This document shows, piece after piece, positions 13,001 through 24,210 of a stretch of DNA of 64,000 nucleotides. A model generated the notes under the pieces. The model was given only the letters and a program-made list of their open reading frames with translations, searched no databases and was not told the origin of the DNA. Source of the stretch: Eledone cirrhosa. Its lineage: Eukaryota. Each line of letters begins with the position of its first letter. Positions within the stretch are counted from its first letter, which is position 1. The position numbers were made by a program, and so were the translations under genes. Location of the stretch: the NCBI GenBank assembly GCA_964016885.1, contig OZ024745.1:13764001-13828000 (forward strand), written 5' to 3'.

Positions 13001-14176
13001 GGAGCATGATTTAGTAGTTAAAGAGTTGGATTTGCAATCTTGAGGTTGTCAGTTCGATTCCCAGACCGGGTTATGTGTTGTGTCCTTGAGCAAGACACTT
13101 TATTTCATGTTGCTCCAGTTTACTCAGCTGTAGAGATAAGTTGCCACATCACTGGTGCCAAGTTGTATCGGCCTTTGTCTTTCCCTTGGACAACATCGGT
13201 GACATGGAGTGGGGAGACTGGTGGTCTTCCACACACCTTGTGCCTTAGAGGGGAACTTTCTAAGTGCAAAGCCCATGGTCATTCATGACCAAAGAGGGTT
13301 TTTACTTCTACTAGGGATATGATGTCAAGCTGGGCCCCTTAATCTGCTATCTACAACTAGAAATCTCCTTTTTGTTTAAACAACCCATATTTGGATATCC
13401 CAAATTATTTATCTATTCTATAATTATGTTTTTGAGTGGCGTTGCCCAATCCAGCATTAATTATTATAGTTTCGTTACTGGAGAATCATCCTAATCCAAT
13501 GAGAATGTTAGTGCAGGACAAAATGCTTTGTGGTATTTGTTCTGATTCTCTGTAATAAGTTCAATTTTGTCTTTCATCATTTTGGGGTTGGTAAAAGGGT
13601 AACAATCCAGGAGTGGATTGATGGAATTGTTCTAGTATTTGTATTCTGAATTCAAATCTTGCTGTGACATATTTGGTTGGTAGAATTAACTCAGCCTGTT
13701 TAACACCACCCCTTCACCCCTTGAGTGTCTTCAGCAGAGTCTACACTCTCTTGCATGCTTTTTTGCCAGGTCTTTGGTTTGGGGATAATCCACCTCCAGT
13801 CTCAAAGGGACTAAAAAGGGTTGTGGGCACTGCTCTTCACTCTCTAATTACACAGGAAAAATATCTATCTAATTTATGTACCATCTTCATTGCAGATCTC
13901 TTTGAATGGGATGTTTTTACTGAGGTGGAAGAATGTAAAGATTTGACTCTATGTACAAGCATCCATCAACAACCAGAAGGGAATGTATTGGCCATGTGTA
14001 TCACAGGAACAGCATCAAAGGCTTCTCTTGTCACCTGGATTCGGGGACTTCAAAAGACTAATCCTAAATTAGAAAAAATTCCAGTTGTGTTCAAACTGAA
14101 GACCCCGGAAACTTTACCCGACATTACAAATGAGGAACAACCTAAGGACGCTAATTTAATGAATACTGCCTCTTGA
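4008..14176 (+). CDS. ECSIT: ECSIT (mitochondrial complex I assembly / Toll-pathway intermediate), 4 coding exons, 423 aa
   Basis: Exons 4008-4530, 7137-7360, 9890-10133 and 13896-14176. All introns are GT-AG with consistent phases (1,0,1); total 1272 nt. ECSIT-family motifs: RRGHVEFAYAA, YPKQQQCAIDIMDKME, WMPKMKNLNPYPVP, AQSPSQQGLL, HQQPEGNVLAMCITGT, WIRGLQKTNPKL. The N-terminus is basic and presequence-like. An acceptor at 3994-3995 implies an upstream non-coding exon. Confidence 0.93.
4620..5030 (+). mobile_element. Two diverged SINE family A copies
   Basis: The gagttcaaa...ctttgcct..catcctt...gataaaataaagtaccag motif occurs twice. Confidence 0.6.
5215..5665 (+). mobile_element. RTE-type LINE 3' end (ORF tail, 3'UTR, GAT-repeat tail)
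   Basis: Highly similar to 52610-53048; ends in cggacgtaaaacagtgatgatgatg. Confidence 0.75.
6587..6997 (+). mobile_element. Two SINE family A copies; the second (6816-6985) has a 16-bp flanking direct repeat
   Basis: attatttgttgtactt at 6800-6815 and 6982-6997 flanks the second copy, consistent with a target-site duplication. Confidence 0.75.
7538..7768. mobile_element. Short non-autonomous element with TTAA-like ends (piggyBac-like MITE)
   Basis: Ends in aagggttaa. Related sequence occurs at about 12250, 12575, 44880 and 56175. A second TTAA-bounded family occurs at about 21260-21445, 44690-44885, 55943-56148 and 60830-60988. Confidence 0.4.
8057..9310 (-). mobile_element. 5'-truncated RTE-clade LINE (RT C-terminal region plus 3'UTR) in ECSIT intron
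   Basis: ORF 8562-9284 has FRYLGD, LHGSETW, RLRWYGHVMR, GRPRKTW and a Cys/His cluster. There is a GAT-repeat tail and an internal 112-bp duplication (8162/8274). 136 of 145 aa are identical to 49087-49524. Confidence 0.9.
10576..10892 (+). mobile_element. SINE family B (tRNA-derived head, CORE-like domain)
   Basis: A-box-like tggctcagaggtt and B-box gagttcgattc, followed by gtgtccttgag...ctccagtttactcagctgtagaaatgag. A sister copy lies at 12998-13305. Confidence 0.75.
11232..11725. repeat. Minisatellite, 41/45-bp unit, about 11 copies
   Basis: atatcaccagtgttaccccacataacacc(c/t)caagctac(ctac)act is repeated in ECSIT intron 3. Confidence 0.92.
12315..12560 (-). mobile_element. Short 3' fragment of a second RTE-type LINE family
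   Basis: Translates to GKRPRGRPRARW. Related copies at about 15205-15545, 25915-26180 and 61640-61795 mostly end in a GAA-type tail. Confidence 0.7.
12998..13305 (+). mobile_element. SINE family B copy
   Basis: Colinear with 10576-10892. Confidence 0.72.
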
Positions 14177-15204
14177 TAATAAATTATTTTTTAATTATAT
14201 TGTCTTCATCATCATTTTACATTCTGGCATGGGTTGGACAGGTTATAATGGTCCAACATGGATTGGACGGATTATAACAGTCCAAGAACAGGTTGAAGTG
14301 ACCTCATCTTCCACATACTTGGCAGTGTTTCTACAGCTGGATGTCCTTCCTAAATGTTAACATTACAAGGTACACTAGATGTGATTTTTTTTCATGGTAC
14401 CACCACTACTACTACTACAAATGTACAGAATATATTGGCTGCATTTTATTATGGAACCAGCACTACCACTTTACAGGATGTAGTGGGGGCATTTTATCAT
14501 GACATCAGCACTAAATAGGTTGTCACATACTTGCCCAAACCTTATATTGTAGCCTCTAAATTCTCACCATATTTACTTTTAGTGTTGCAGTGCTTGTACT
14601 GGTGGATGATGGTAGCTCAGTCCTGTGACATCTCCTCCATGATGTTCAGTTTCCTGAGGTTATTTTGTATATCTTTCTCTCATGTTTTTCTTCTATCCAC
14701 TTCAAGCACTAAGAATGTTTTTCATACATTCTCACTCTCCTTACACATGTAGAATATATTAATGGTGATTCATTGGGACATCACTGAACATGTTTCTACC
14801 ATCATGTAATTTATGTGGAGAGGATGATGGGAGTAGAGCTAGTGATAATGTGAAGAGATATGGAATGGGTCATGTGTTAAGGAAAAATGACTGGGCGAGA
14901 GAAATGTATGTGAGAGGAAGACCAAGAAAGACATGTCTAAAGATGATAGAAAAGGAAATGAAAATCAGAGGGTTGTTGAGATGGAGAATGCAAAGGATAG
15001 TACAAAAATGGAGATGCTTGCTTTAACTTTTCTATTACATCTTTTTTTTTAAAAATGAGGGTCTGCATCAGGAAAACCATCCAACTATAGAACACTGCCT
15101 CATATGGCATCCAATCTGTACTGGCATTTAAAAGTGGACATAAGAATGACGATGATGTCTGTCTCTGTTGCCATAGCTTCATGAGATTGAAGGATGACAA
15201 TTCT

Positions 15205-15545
15205 CTTCTTCTTCACCCACTTATTACTGGGAGAGTCGTAGGAGCAGGGTCCTCAAACACTCCTTCCAGCAGGTCCTGTTAGAAGCAACCATCTCCAACT
15301 GATCTGGCTTGATCCCCAAGCGTGACCAGCCAAGCTCATGCATGTTATCCAACCATCTTACTCAGTGTCTACCCCTGAGTCTCCTGCCAGTTGGTTTTGC
15401 CTGTAAAATCTGTCCAGCGATTCTTTCCTTGAGACATTCTAACGACATGCCTGTAATATCGGAGTTATGATCTCTCAATTCGGAGAAGTAGTGGTTCTAC
15501 CTGGAGTGACTATATTGAGTAACATTACTCCACAGACCCTTCGGA
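15205..15545 (-). mobile_element. RTE-type LINE 3' fragment
   Basis: Similar to 12315-12560 and 25915-26180. Confidence 0.65.
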
Positions 15546-16147
15546 AAATTTTCGAAAAAGAAAAACGTAGAAAGAAAAAAAAATCAACAAAGTACATGCG
15601 GGAAACATTTTAGGTAATATATTTTTAGTTGATAATAATATTTCTGATAGTTACAAAAGTTCAGCTGAGTTTTGGTCCAAATTTGTAATACATTTACAAA
15701 ATACCTTTTCATCTATGGAAAAAGAAAGTGTGAGATAAGGGCAAGATTTCACAACATAGGCACCAGTGATAGGCTAAAGCACTATCTACTTATATCACCA
15801 AATCTAAAACACTGACTAAACTCACAACTTAACAGGTAACTACTTGAGTAAACCAGTTAAGGTATTACAGCAACTAACCTACTAGGGTTAGGTGAGACTA
15901 TCTAGGGTTCTATATGGCATTAAGCTGGAGTGTTTGTGTAGGGGAGGGGGGTTTCTCTCAAGAAATCATCTGTAGTAAAAATTCAGTAAAAAACATATTT
16001 TGAATAATAATAATAAAAAATTAAATAATTAAAATTATATATGTGTGTCGTAAGTATAGATGTATATGGATCTTTGTTGCAGCCAACAATGAGCACTGCA
16101 ATTGTTTGATCAATGGAACAGTCTACTCATGTTTCTGAGTATTCCAC

Positions 16148-16182
<35 letters not shown>

Positions 16183-17141
16183 AGGCCACCCATCTAGGAC
16201 TGTAGACATTCCAAATAAAAACTGATAGAGTGGAGAGCACTGTTAAGTCTGGTAAGACAATCTCTCTAGTGCTGGTGACATGAACAATGTGCCCAGTCCA
16301 CACTGTAAAGTGGTTGGTGATAGGAAGGGCATCCAGCCAGTAAAACCCAGCCAAAATTATGAAAAGCACATCATCATGTCCAACCCATGAAAGCATGGAA
16401 AAGCAAACGTAAAAACGATGATGTTATATATATACCCTTAACATAATTCTCAGGGAGAATCAGCATGACCATATGTAAAAATGGCTTTTTTGAATTACAG
16501 GTACAGTCCACCAGTTTCCATCTATACAATTTCACTCATAAGACTTCAGTCAACCCAGGGTTATATGTTAATAAACATTTACCCAAGATGCTACACAGTT
16601 CAGAGTTTTATGCCATGTGATCCTTCAATCACTTGAAGGACCATGTTTAGCAGGAAACTCTGAGTAAATCATTAGCTTCAAATAAATAAACTCTTCTACT
16701 ACATGTATAGTGTACTCTTGCTATGCTTTCTCCTGTTTGCACACCCAAACATATACATATGTGTGTGTGTGTGTGTATATATATATCGAGAGAGAGAGAG
16801 TGGTAAGTTACATAATAACCCATATAGATATGACTGTAGCTCGTTTAGAATACACAACAGAAACTGATATGATGACAGCCTACTACAAAACAATAACTCT
16901 CATCACTTGATTTGGAATTATTACTTCAAGACTGGAGGTGTAACAGCGTTATTGATCCTACCATAGACAGGTAGATACCAGTATATATATAGAGATGGCT
17001 ATCGTTTATTTATCTATTATTTCTTTACAGATGCCTTGGTTTTTTGTGTGGTTGATTATGCTAATTGGGAGAGGAAATTGAGTATATATTTTATCAAATG
17101 ATTCTAAGAACATAATTTATAGTATATATATATATATATAT

Positions 17142-17479
17142 CATCATGATCATTTCATTTTACGTCCGCTCTTCCCTGCTTGCAAGGGTGGGACGGGAAC
17201 TGATTCTGGCTTGATTTCTACAGCTGGATGCCCTTCCTAACACCAACCTCATTTACAGTGAGTGCTGGGTACTTTTTTGCCGTGGCGCCTACACGTCCAC
17301 TTTACAGTGGAATGATATGGACCCCAGTCCCTATCATCTCATTTCTACAGCTGAGTAAACTGGAGTAATGTGAAATAAAGTGTCTTGCTCAAGGAAACAA
17401 CACATCACCCGGTCTGAGAATTGAACTCACAACCTTTCGATTGCAAGGCCAATGCTCTAACCACTAAGCCATGTGCCTC
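17142..17479 (-). mobile_element. Composite SINE: family B head with an RTE-LINE-derived 3' tail
   Basis: Reverse-complement near-copy of 54862-55203. Confidence 0.8.
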
Positions 17480-17533
17480 TCTCTCTCTCTCTATATATAT
17501 ATATAATTTTTATATATATATATATATTTTTAT

Positions 17534-17650
17534 ATAATATAAGATCAAAAGATGGTTAAAGGAGTTCCATGTATTTTATTATGTTTGTTTTTGAAATGCG
17601 CATAATAAAATACATGGAACTCCTTTAACCATCTTTTGATCTTATATTAT
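17534..17650. repeat. Perfect fold-back, 50-bp arms and 17-nt loop, next to (TA)n
   Basis: 17534-17583 is the exact reverse complement of 17601-17650. Confidence 0.92.
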
Positions 17651-18831
17651 GTATACTCCAGTCCTACAAACTGTAGAGTGCTTCTTATCCGATATCTGCA
17701 TTGCTTTATTGTACTACAATAAAACTCACCTCCTACATATATTTTTATATATATATATTGGATAAATAGCCAGAAAATTGCAGTGTTTAGATAGGACAAT
17801 ATATAATAGCTACATGAACACACGAGGTTCAAACTATACAATCAATATATATAAATAGTCCATGCTATGTCATCAATATATAATACTTGAAAGAAGCATT
17901 AGAATCTACAGTTTAACTACACTATAATGCTTTCTGTTGAGTATTTAATATAAAACAAATGAATGCTCACTAGTTTCTCAGTAATCTAGTGTCTGATAAA
18001 GAAGGCATTTTAAAGTTCAAATCTGAAGATCTTTCATAACACTGAAGCTCTACAGTAGAGTCACTTATTCAGTATTTCTTAAATGTACTATAATTTCTTC
18101 CATAGAATAGCTATTACAAACCTCAAAGACCATTTGTTCCTTTAAGTATGGATTTTTTAACTCTGCTCTAACTTTACTAATATGTCTTTTAAAAAAAAAG
18201 CTGTCTTTAGATTTTTTAGGTTTTGAACAGGTTCAAAATCTGGCAAAAAAATTTCTTTTTAATCAGAAACTGATTATGGCTAATGAATTTCTAATACAGT
18301 GGAACCTCAGTCCACAAACATCTCTCATCATGAACAATTTTTTTAACATAAAACGTCTCAGTTCACAAATTGTGTCTCAAGTAATAAACACGCAAGCCAG
18401 CAACAAGCTTGGAGTATCGGCGGGAAAGCAACACTTGCTGTGTAGTTAGTTACTATGGTGATATCTACCTAATTTCACAAACAGTCTCTCTCTCAACATT
18501 TCGGGTGGGAAATGGCCAAGGTTCCATAACATTTGTTTTTTATATATTAATATATTTCGTTTGTAGCTGCAGTGTGTTTGCCATTATAACATTTTTATCT
18601 TTATTAAATATAAAAATGAAACAACTTAATGGTTTCAAATGTAAACAAAATTCATATTTACATTTTACATTTGAAATACAAACAATATTAATATACAAAA
18701 ACAATTCTGGTGATATAAATTTCTGAAACCATAATCAGTTTTGGATTTTAAAAAAAATTGTTCTTTTAAAATTAAAATTATATATTATATATATATATTG
18801 GAAAATGTGTGAAATCCTTGATACAGTTAGG

Positions 18832-19585
18832 TATATTTGAAAAAAGGAAAAATGACTCCACTTGTAGTTCTAAACAATTTAATTTTATATTATAATTTTA
18901 CAATTTGGTTTTGTAGATCTAGTAAGTTCTTTAACTTCAGTGGGGAGATTTTTGAAAGATTCCTGGTTAACTTTCCTGTAAAACTGGTGGCAATTGTCAA
19001 ACTGATCTCAGGTTGTGTTGTGATGTGTGATTCTATATATAAGAGATTGGGGTGTGTCTGGGGGAGTATTAATGAGTGTAGGAGTGAAGGAGTGTTGATG
19101 AAGATTTAAAGGAATTAAAGCATTATATACATACAAGAAGTGAAAAAAAAATAGTGAATGGTAACAGCAAGATAATTGATTGAGAGTGGAGTTGGGAGGT
19201 GTTGGGGTGTTTAAGGAGTGTTTTAGAAAGGGCTTGTGAGAGTGCCCTCCTGCTGGTTCCATTTCAATAGAAGACCTTTGGTGAATAAAATACTATGGAA
19301 ATATAATGGCCAGATGTTTTTCAAATTCTTTTCTTATAGCTGAATAAACTATCTCCCACCACCACCAGACACATCTCTTATAGAGAGAATCACACATCAC
19401 AACACAACCTGAGATCAGTTTGACAATTGCCAAATTCTTCAGGAAAGTTAACCAGGAATCCTTAAAAACTCTCCCCACTGATGTTAACAAAGAACTTACT
19501 AGATCTACAAAACCAAATTGTTAAATTATAATGTAAAATTAAATTGTTTAGAACTACAAGTCATTTTTTTCCTCTTTTCAAATAT
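18832..19585. repeat. Fold-back element with about 210-bp diverged inverted arms, (TA)n-flanked
   Basis: About 18832-19046 is the inverted match of about 19374-19585. The ORF track shows the same peptide (AIVKLISGCVVMCDS) on opposite strands. Confidence 0.85.
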
Positions 19586-20187
19586 ATATATATATATATA
19601 TAAATGAAAATAGAGAAATTAATGTAAGCAAGAAGCCAACAGTAATTCAGCATAGTTTATTGGAGTGTAATGTTAAGTTACTATTGGTTCATCAGTTTGA
19701 GCACTCGATGCCTAAATAGGTCATAAAGGAATCCACAAGCCTGATGAGCCATTGATTCCAGAGTGGGTGCGATCAATACCAATTATTCCTTGAGCATCAC
19801 ACAGGAATAAACATAATGATCGTATATTGATACTTCGTTCCTACTCATTATTATTATAATATATATATATATACTTTTTTTTTACAGTTCTAGATTTAAC
19901 TCATTTCCGAAGTTCATGCTCAAAACAAAAATCCAAACACCATTTTTTAAAAATATGCATGATAAAAAGTCCATGCTAAAATGAATAAGTGGCTCACAGT
20001 GTTTAAATCAAAACCAACAGCTAACTTGCAAGGTAAACATGACATATGCTGTGTCTCTTCACAGAACACTGAATTATAAAATGAATATGGATGAGGATTT
20101 TAACTATGGTAGGAAATATTTTTTTTTTTTTGTTTTTAAATACATATATAAAAAAACTAGATGACATGTATCTATATTTCTCTATAA

Positions 20188-23100
20188 TCAATGAGTTATG
20201 TGTTTAATACAGCCATTTGTATGTTTCTGATCACTGGCTATGTCAAACTTGGTCCAAAGTAAATCAAACTCTCTCTGAAAGTTCTGTACAATATCGGAAT
20301 CATTTGTTATTAAAACATTTTCAAGATTACTGTTGATAGCACTGAATGTCCAGTTAAAGGAGCCATGGATTACAATTTGTCGGTCAATAACTGTGAATTT
20401 ATGATGCATGAATGACGATGAATGATCAGTACGTACTGGAATATCTGAAAATAAAGAAAAGACACATGATAAAAGGTCACCACAAAAACATACATATAAC
20501 TACACTGTAACAACAACTGTGTAGCAAGCACAAACACGAAAAGTAAATACAGATAGTGTCTCTGAGTGATGTAGTCTGTAAACTATGTTAATTTACTATT
20601 ACAACTTGAGGAAAATATTCCAGAAATAGAAACAAAACCTAGAATTGAAAAAGCCTCAAAATATACTTAAAAAAGACTGCTGTCATTTTAAGTAAGAAGA
20701 TAGGACCCTGCTACCATAGGGGAAACGGCTGTGTTTGATATGCAGAAAAGGAGTTGAGAGAAGCTCCCATTGTAAACTATAAGTAGTGATATCACAGGCA
20801 GATTAACAAAAAAAAAGAGATTTTCCATGTGGCAGGAGCATAGGAGTAGTTAGCAGTGAAATAAACTCCTTCGAATCCAAGGAAAACTCCAATAGAAGAA
20901 CTCATCTAACTCATGTAAGCATGTGAAAATAAGCATAAAGATGATGATTAGTGATTCTCTCATCACTATACTTTGACAACTATGTCTATGCTTCACTAAG
21001 GAGATCTAATAAGACTAAAACATTCCCAGAGTTGTCTCCCATATTTGTCTGAATAATCAAAATATTATTAGTTACAGTTTTTTTTTTCTTTTCCACATAA
21101 TTATTTCCACTTAACTTTTTAACACTGGCTGCATTAAATATGATTAAATCATTTTTTTTCAAACAGAAAACATCTCTGAGTAATTTATTCTCAATAATTC
21201 TTTGTGTAAAATAAACACCAATTACACTTCTAAACAGTAATAACATAACCAGCTGTCTCCGGCCAGAATTCTCCCACCTCTTTCTATTCAAACTAGCCTT
21301 AGCTAGCCACTCATACTAATGTTAAGGTATTGTTCTCAAATAAATAATACCAAAACCTCTTAGAATTGATATTAGGTGAGATAAAGCCTTTAACGTGAAA
21401 ATACAATAGTATATATAGAGTAATGAAATGTTAAAGGGTTAAAACAAACATTATTAAAAATAGTGTAAAAGTATATTTATAACCACATTACAGAGTAGTG
21501 ATACGAGTAATGGCATGCCGTCAGTTACGTGTGCTCTAGATGTTACAATCAATGGAATAGCCTGCTCATGAAATCAACGTGCAGGTGGTTGAGCATTCCA
21601 CAAACACGCATACCCATAATGTAGTAGTTCTCAGGGAGATTCAGCGTGACACAGTATGTGACAAAGCTGGTCCTTTGAATTAAATGTTTACCACCTGAGT
21701 GGACTGGAGCGACGGGCTCAAGGACACAATGTGATGCTGAGAATCAAACTCATGACCTTACGATCGTGAGCCGAATATCCTAGCCCCTAAGCCACATGCC
21801 TTCACAACCACATTACAACAAATTATTATAACTACTATAGTATCATAATACATGGTACATTACCTTCACCTATATAGCATGGTTGACATGTACCACATAC
21901 AACATGGCCAGTCTGTTTGAACAGTGGGTCCAACACACCACGTCAAGATTGCCGCACTACATTGTACCTAGCACTACACTGACTAGATAGTGCTGCATGT
22001 TGTTTGGGATTGCCCTCTCAGACGTTCTCCCGCAGCCTACAAATCCTAAGAGACCTTAGCCTGGCTCACCAACCTCGATCTGTCTCTAACTATTGTACAT
22101 ATGCCACACGACAAGAAGTTAATGCAAATGTAACAACAACAATACCAGTGTAGCAATCACTAAAAAAAAAAACAGTTTTTCTTCGGAAATTCTTCGCAAT
22201 TTAAACGCTATATATTTCTACTGCAAGAAATAAGAAATGATACGTAGAATCTGATAAAGATCCCAGCTGCAAGTACTAATGTTATACAACACCTTTCAAA
22301 CGACATTGAAACGAGCCTATGAATAAGCTCTACGTAGTTCCTCTACCCGCTAGAAATAGCAGCCAAATTACTTTTAAATTAACATCCTAGATTCTTAACA
22401 TATAGGGGGGGGTGGGAACGGGGTGGTGCAAAGTCTACTTGATAAGGGCTAACCTGGGGTTAAATATAAATGAAAACCACTTTTCCAATCCAGGTTTACA
22501 TACAGTGAAAGACAGGGGAGAGGTGGGAGAGAGAATGATACAAATAGAGAGAGGGGGAGCAACAGAGAGAGAAGCTAGTCTCGAGGCAGGTAATATTTAC
22601 TGGTTGACCGATATAACACAGATCGATACTTTGCTTCCACACCAATAAACAATAATTTAATAACAGTCGTGGGTGGATGATGCTACATTATCATAATATA
22701 AATTAATCACCCGGTATCAACAGTTTTCAACATTGACGAATATTTTTCTGTTTGAGTGAAATTTTATTTTTTCTTAAACCTGTTCGTTTGAATCAATAAC
22801 TTCTTTAAAGCTAATTTAGTTGAGTTGCTAAGGGAAAGGTCAAAAGGTCATACGAGAGAGTAAATCGATCTAACTGGAAGGACAAGTGTCAACAAATCAA
22901 TATGTATTCTTTGAAAAGTCTCAATAATAAATAAAGAGTGGAGTGGGTTATAAATATTAAAAGGGGTTTGAGAAACCAATGTTTATAATGGGATATCAGA
23001 GCAAAGTGATGTAGAACGAGGTAAAATAATGCTTTAATAGTCATTGAATAGAAGTAGATGTATACATTTATAGTGAATTGACTTCGAATGATGTGGGCGA

Positions 23101-24210
23101 TTTAACTCAATAACTTAATATCTTCATCGGGAACCGACTACATAGGTGGTATACGCTTTTATTGTTTATTTCAGGTAAACTCTGACCGAGTGAGCCTTAA
23201 GATAAAAGGCGTTCCAACCGTAACAACCCCTTTTTTATAGTATATATAAGACTATAATATCGTGTGTCATTCCCTTTTAAGGGTGTAATTTAAAGATTCC
23301 GTCGCTCGATCTGCTTAGAAATAACGGAAATTCTTCATATCATATCCTAGTGTCCCCAACATACACACACATAAAAGAACATATTAGAGAGGTAGTCCTA
23401 GATATACAAAAAGTCGGGTTGGTCACGACTAGAAAGCTTTTAGTAGTATGTCTGCAATCAGAGCTGAATTGTGGTTTCAACAACTACGACTAAACACATC
23501 AAAAGCTATGATAAATACAAACGGATTTGTTGTAAACAAAATATAAGTTTTTAATTGTGGAATATACTCTTTTAGATGTAAACGAGGTGGTGGTGGGAAT
23601 GTGGGATACATACTTTTCTTGGAATCAGTAGTTTAAATAAAGTGAAACAGGAAACCTTGTAACAGACTTAGTCCAAAAGATATTTGGGTCATAAATGGGA
23701 AAAGGAATATTGTTACATGTTAATAAAATATTGGTGCTTCTACTTACTGTTTATTTTAAGACGGTCCACTTGAGATTGACTGTCAGATTTTTCATCATCA
23801 GTTATCACCTGAATGCAAACACCTTTCTTACTCATAGCAATTAAAATATCTACAAGATCTTTGTAAGTGATGTGAAAAACACAGACACATATATATTTTT
23901 TAGCCGCGCATAGACGTCGATAGATTTCACTCAGGGAAGTTTTGTAATGGGACAAAGAACAGTCAGGAAGAAGACAGCCGGATTCTAACAGAAAGTTGTT
24001 CTTACAGGCGATGTGTTTATCAGGAAACATAAGAACTTCGGTAAAAACGTCTTCCTCTTCGTCATCAGACCCATCGCTGCCTTGGCGCCTTCTTCGCAAC
24101 TTCTTCATTCCGTAACCGTAGAGTCTGTAAGCTGTTCCAATGATAAGACCAGATGATACAAACCCCACCAGAAATGAAAAAAGAGTCGGCATAATTTTCA
24201 ATGGTAACAT
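20188..24210 (-). CDS. PLD6: Phospholipase D6 / MitoPLD / Zucchini (piRNA-pathway nuclease), 2 exons, 239 aa
   Basis: Exons 24210-23748 and 20444-20188 (GT-AG, phase 1, 720 nt). It has an N-terminal hydrophobic anchor, a CCCH-type motif (C-x9-C-x4-C-x3-H), a single HKD motif (MHHKFTVID) and GSFNWT...NLEN. Confidence 0.93.
21520..21805 (-). mobile_element. Diverged SINE with family B-type head in the PLD6 intron
   Basis: The reverse complement starts gaaggcatgtggcttagggg...gagtttgattctc...gtgtccttgag. Confidence 0.55.

Noticed and set aside
13664-13895. N-terminal part of ORF 13664-14176
   Set aside because: Intronic read-through; ECSIT similarity and the phase-correct acceptor start at 13896.
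18296-18400. Tigger/pogo-like terminus (tacagtggaacctc; similar at 57229)
   Set aside because: A matching second TIR and a transposase were not found.
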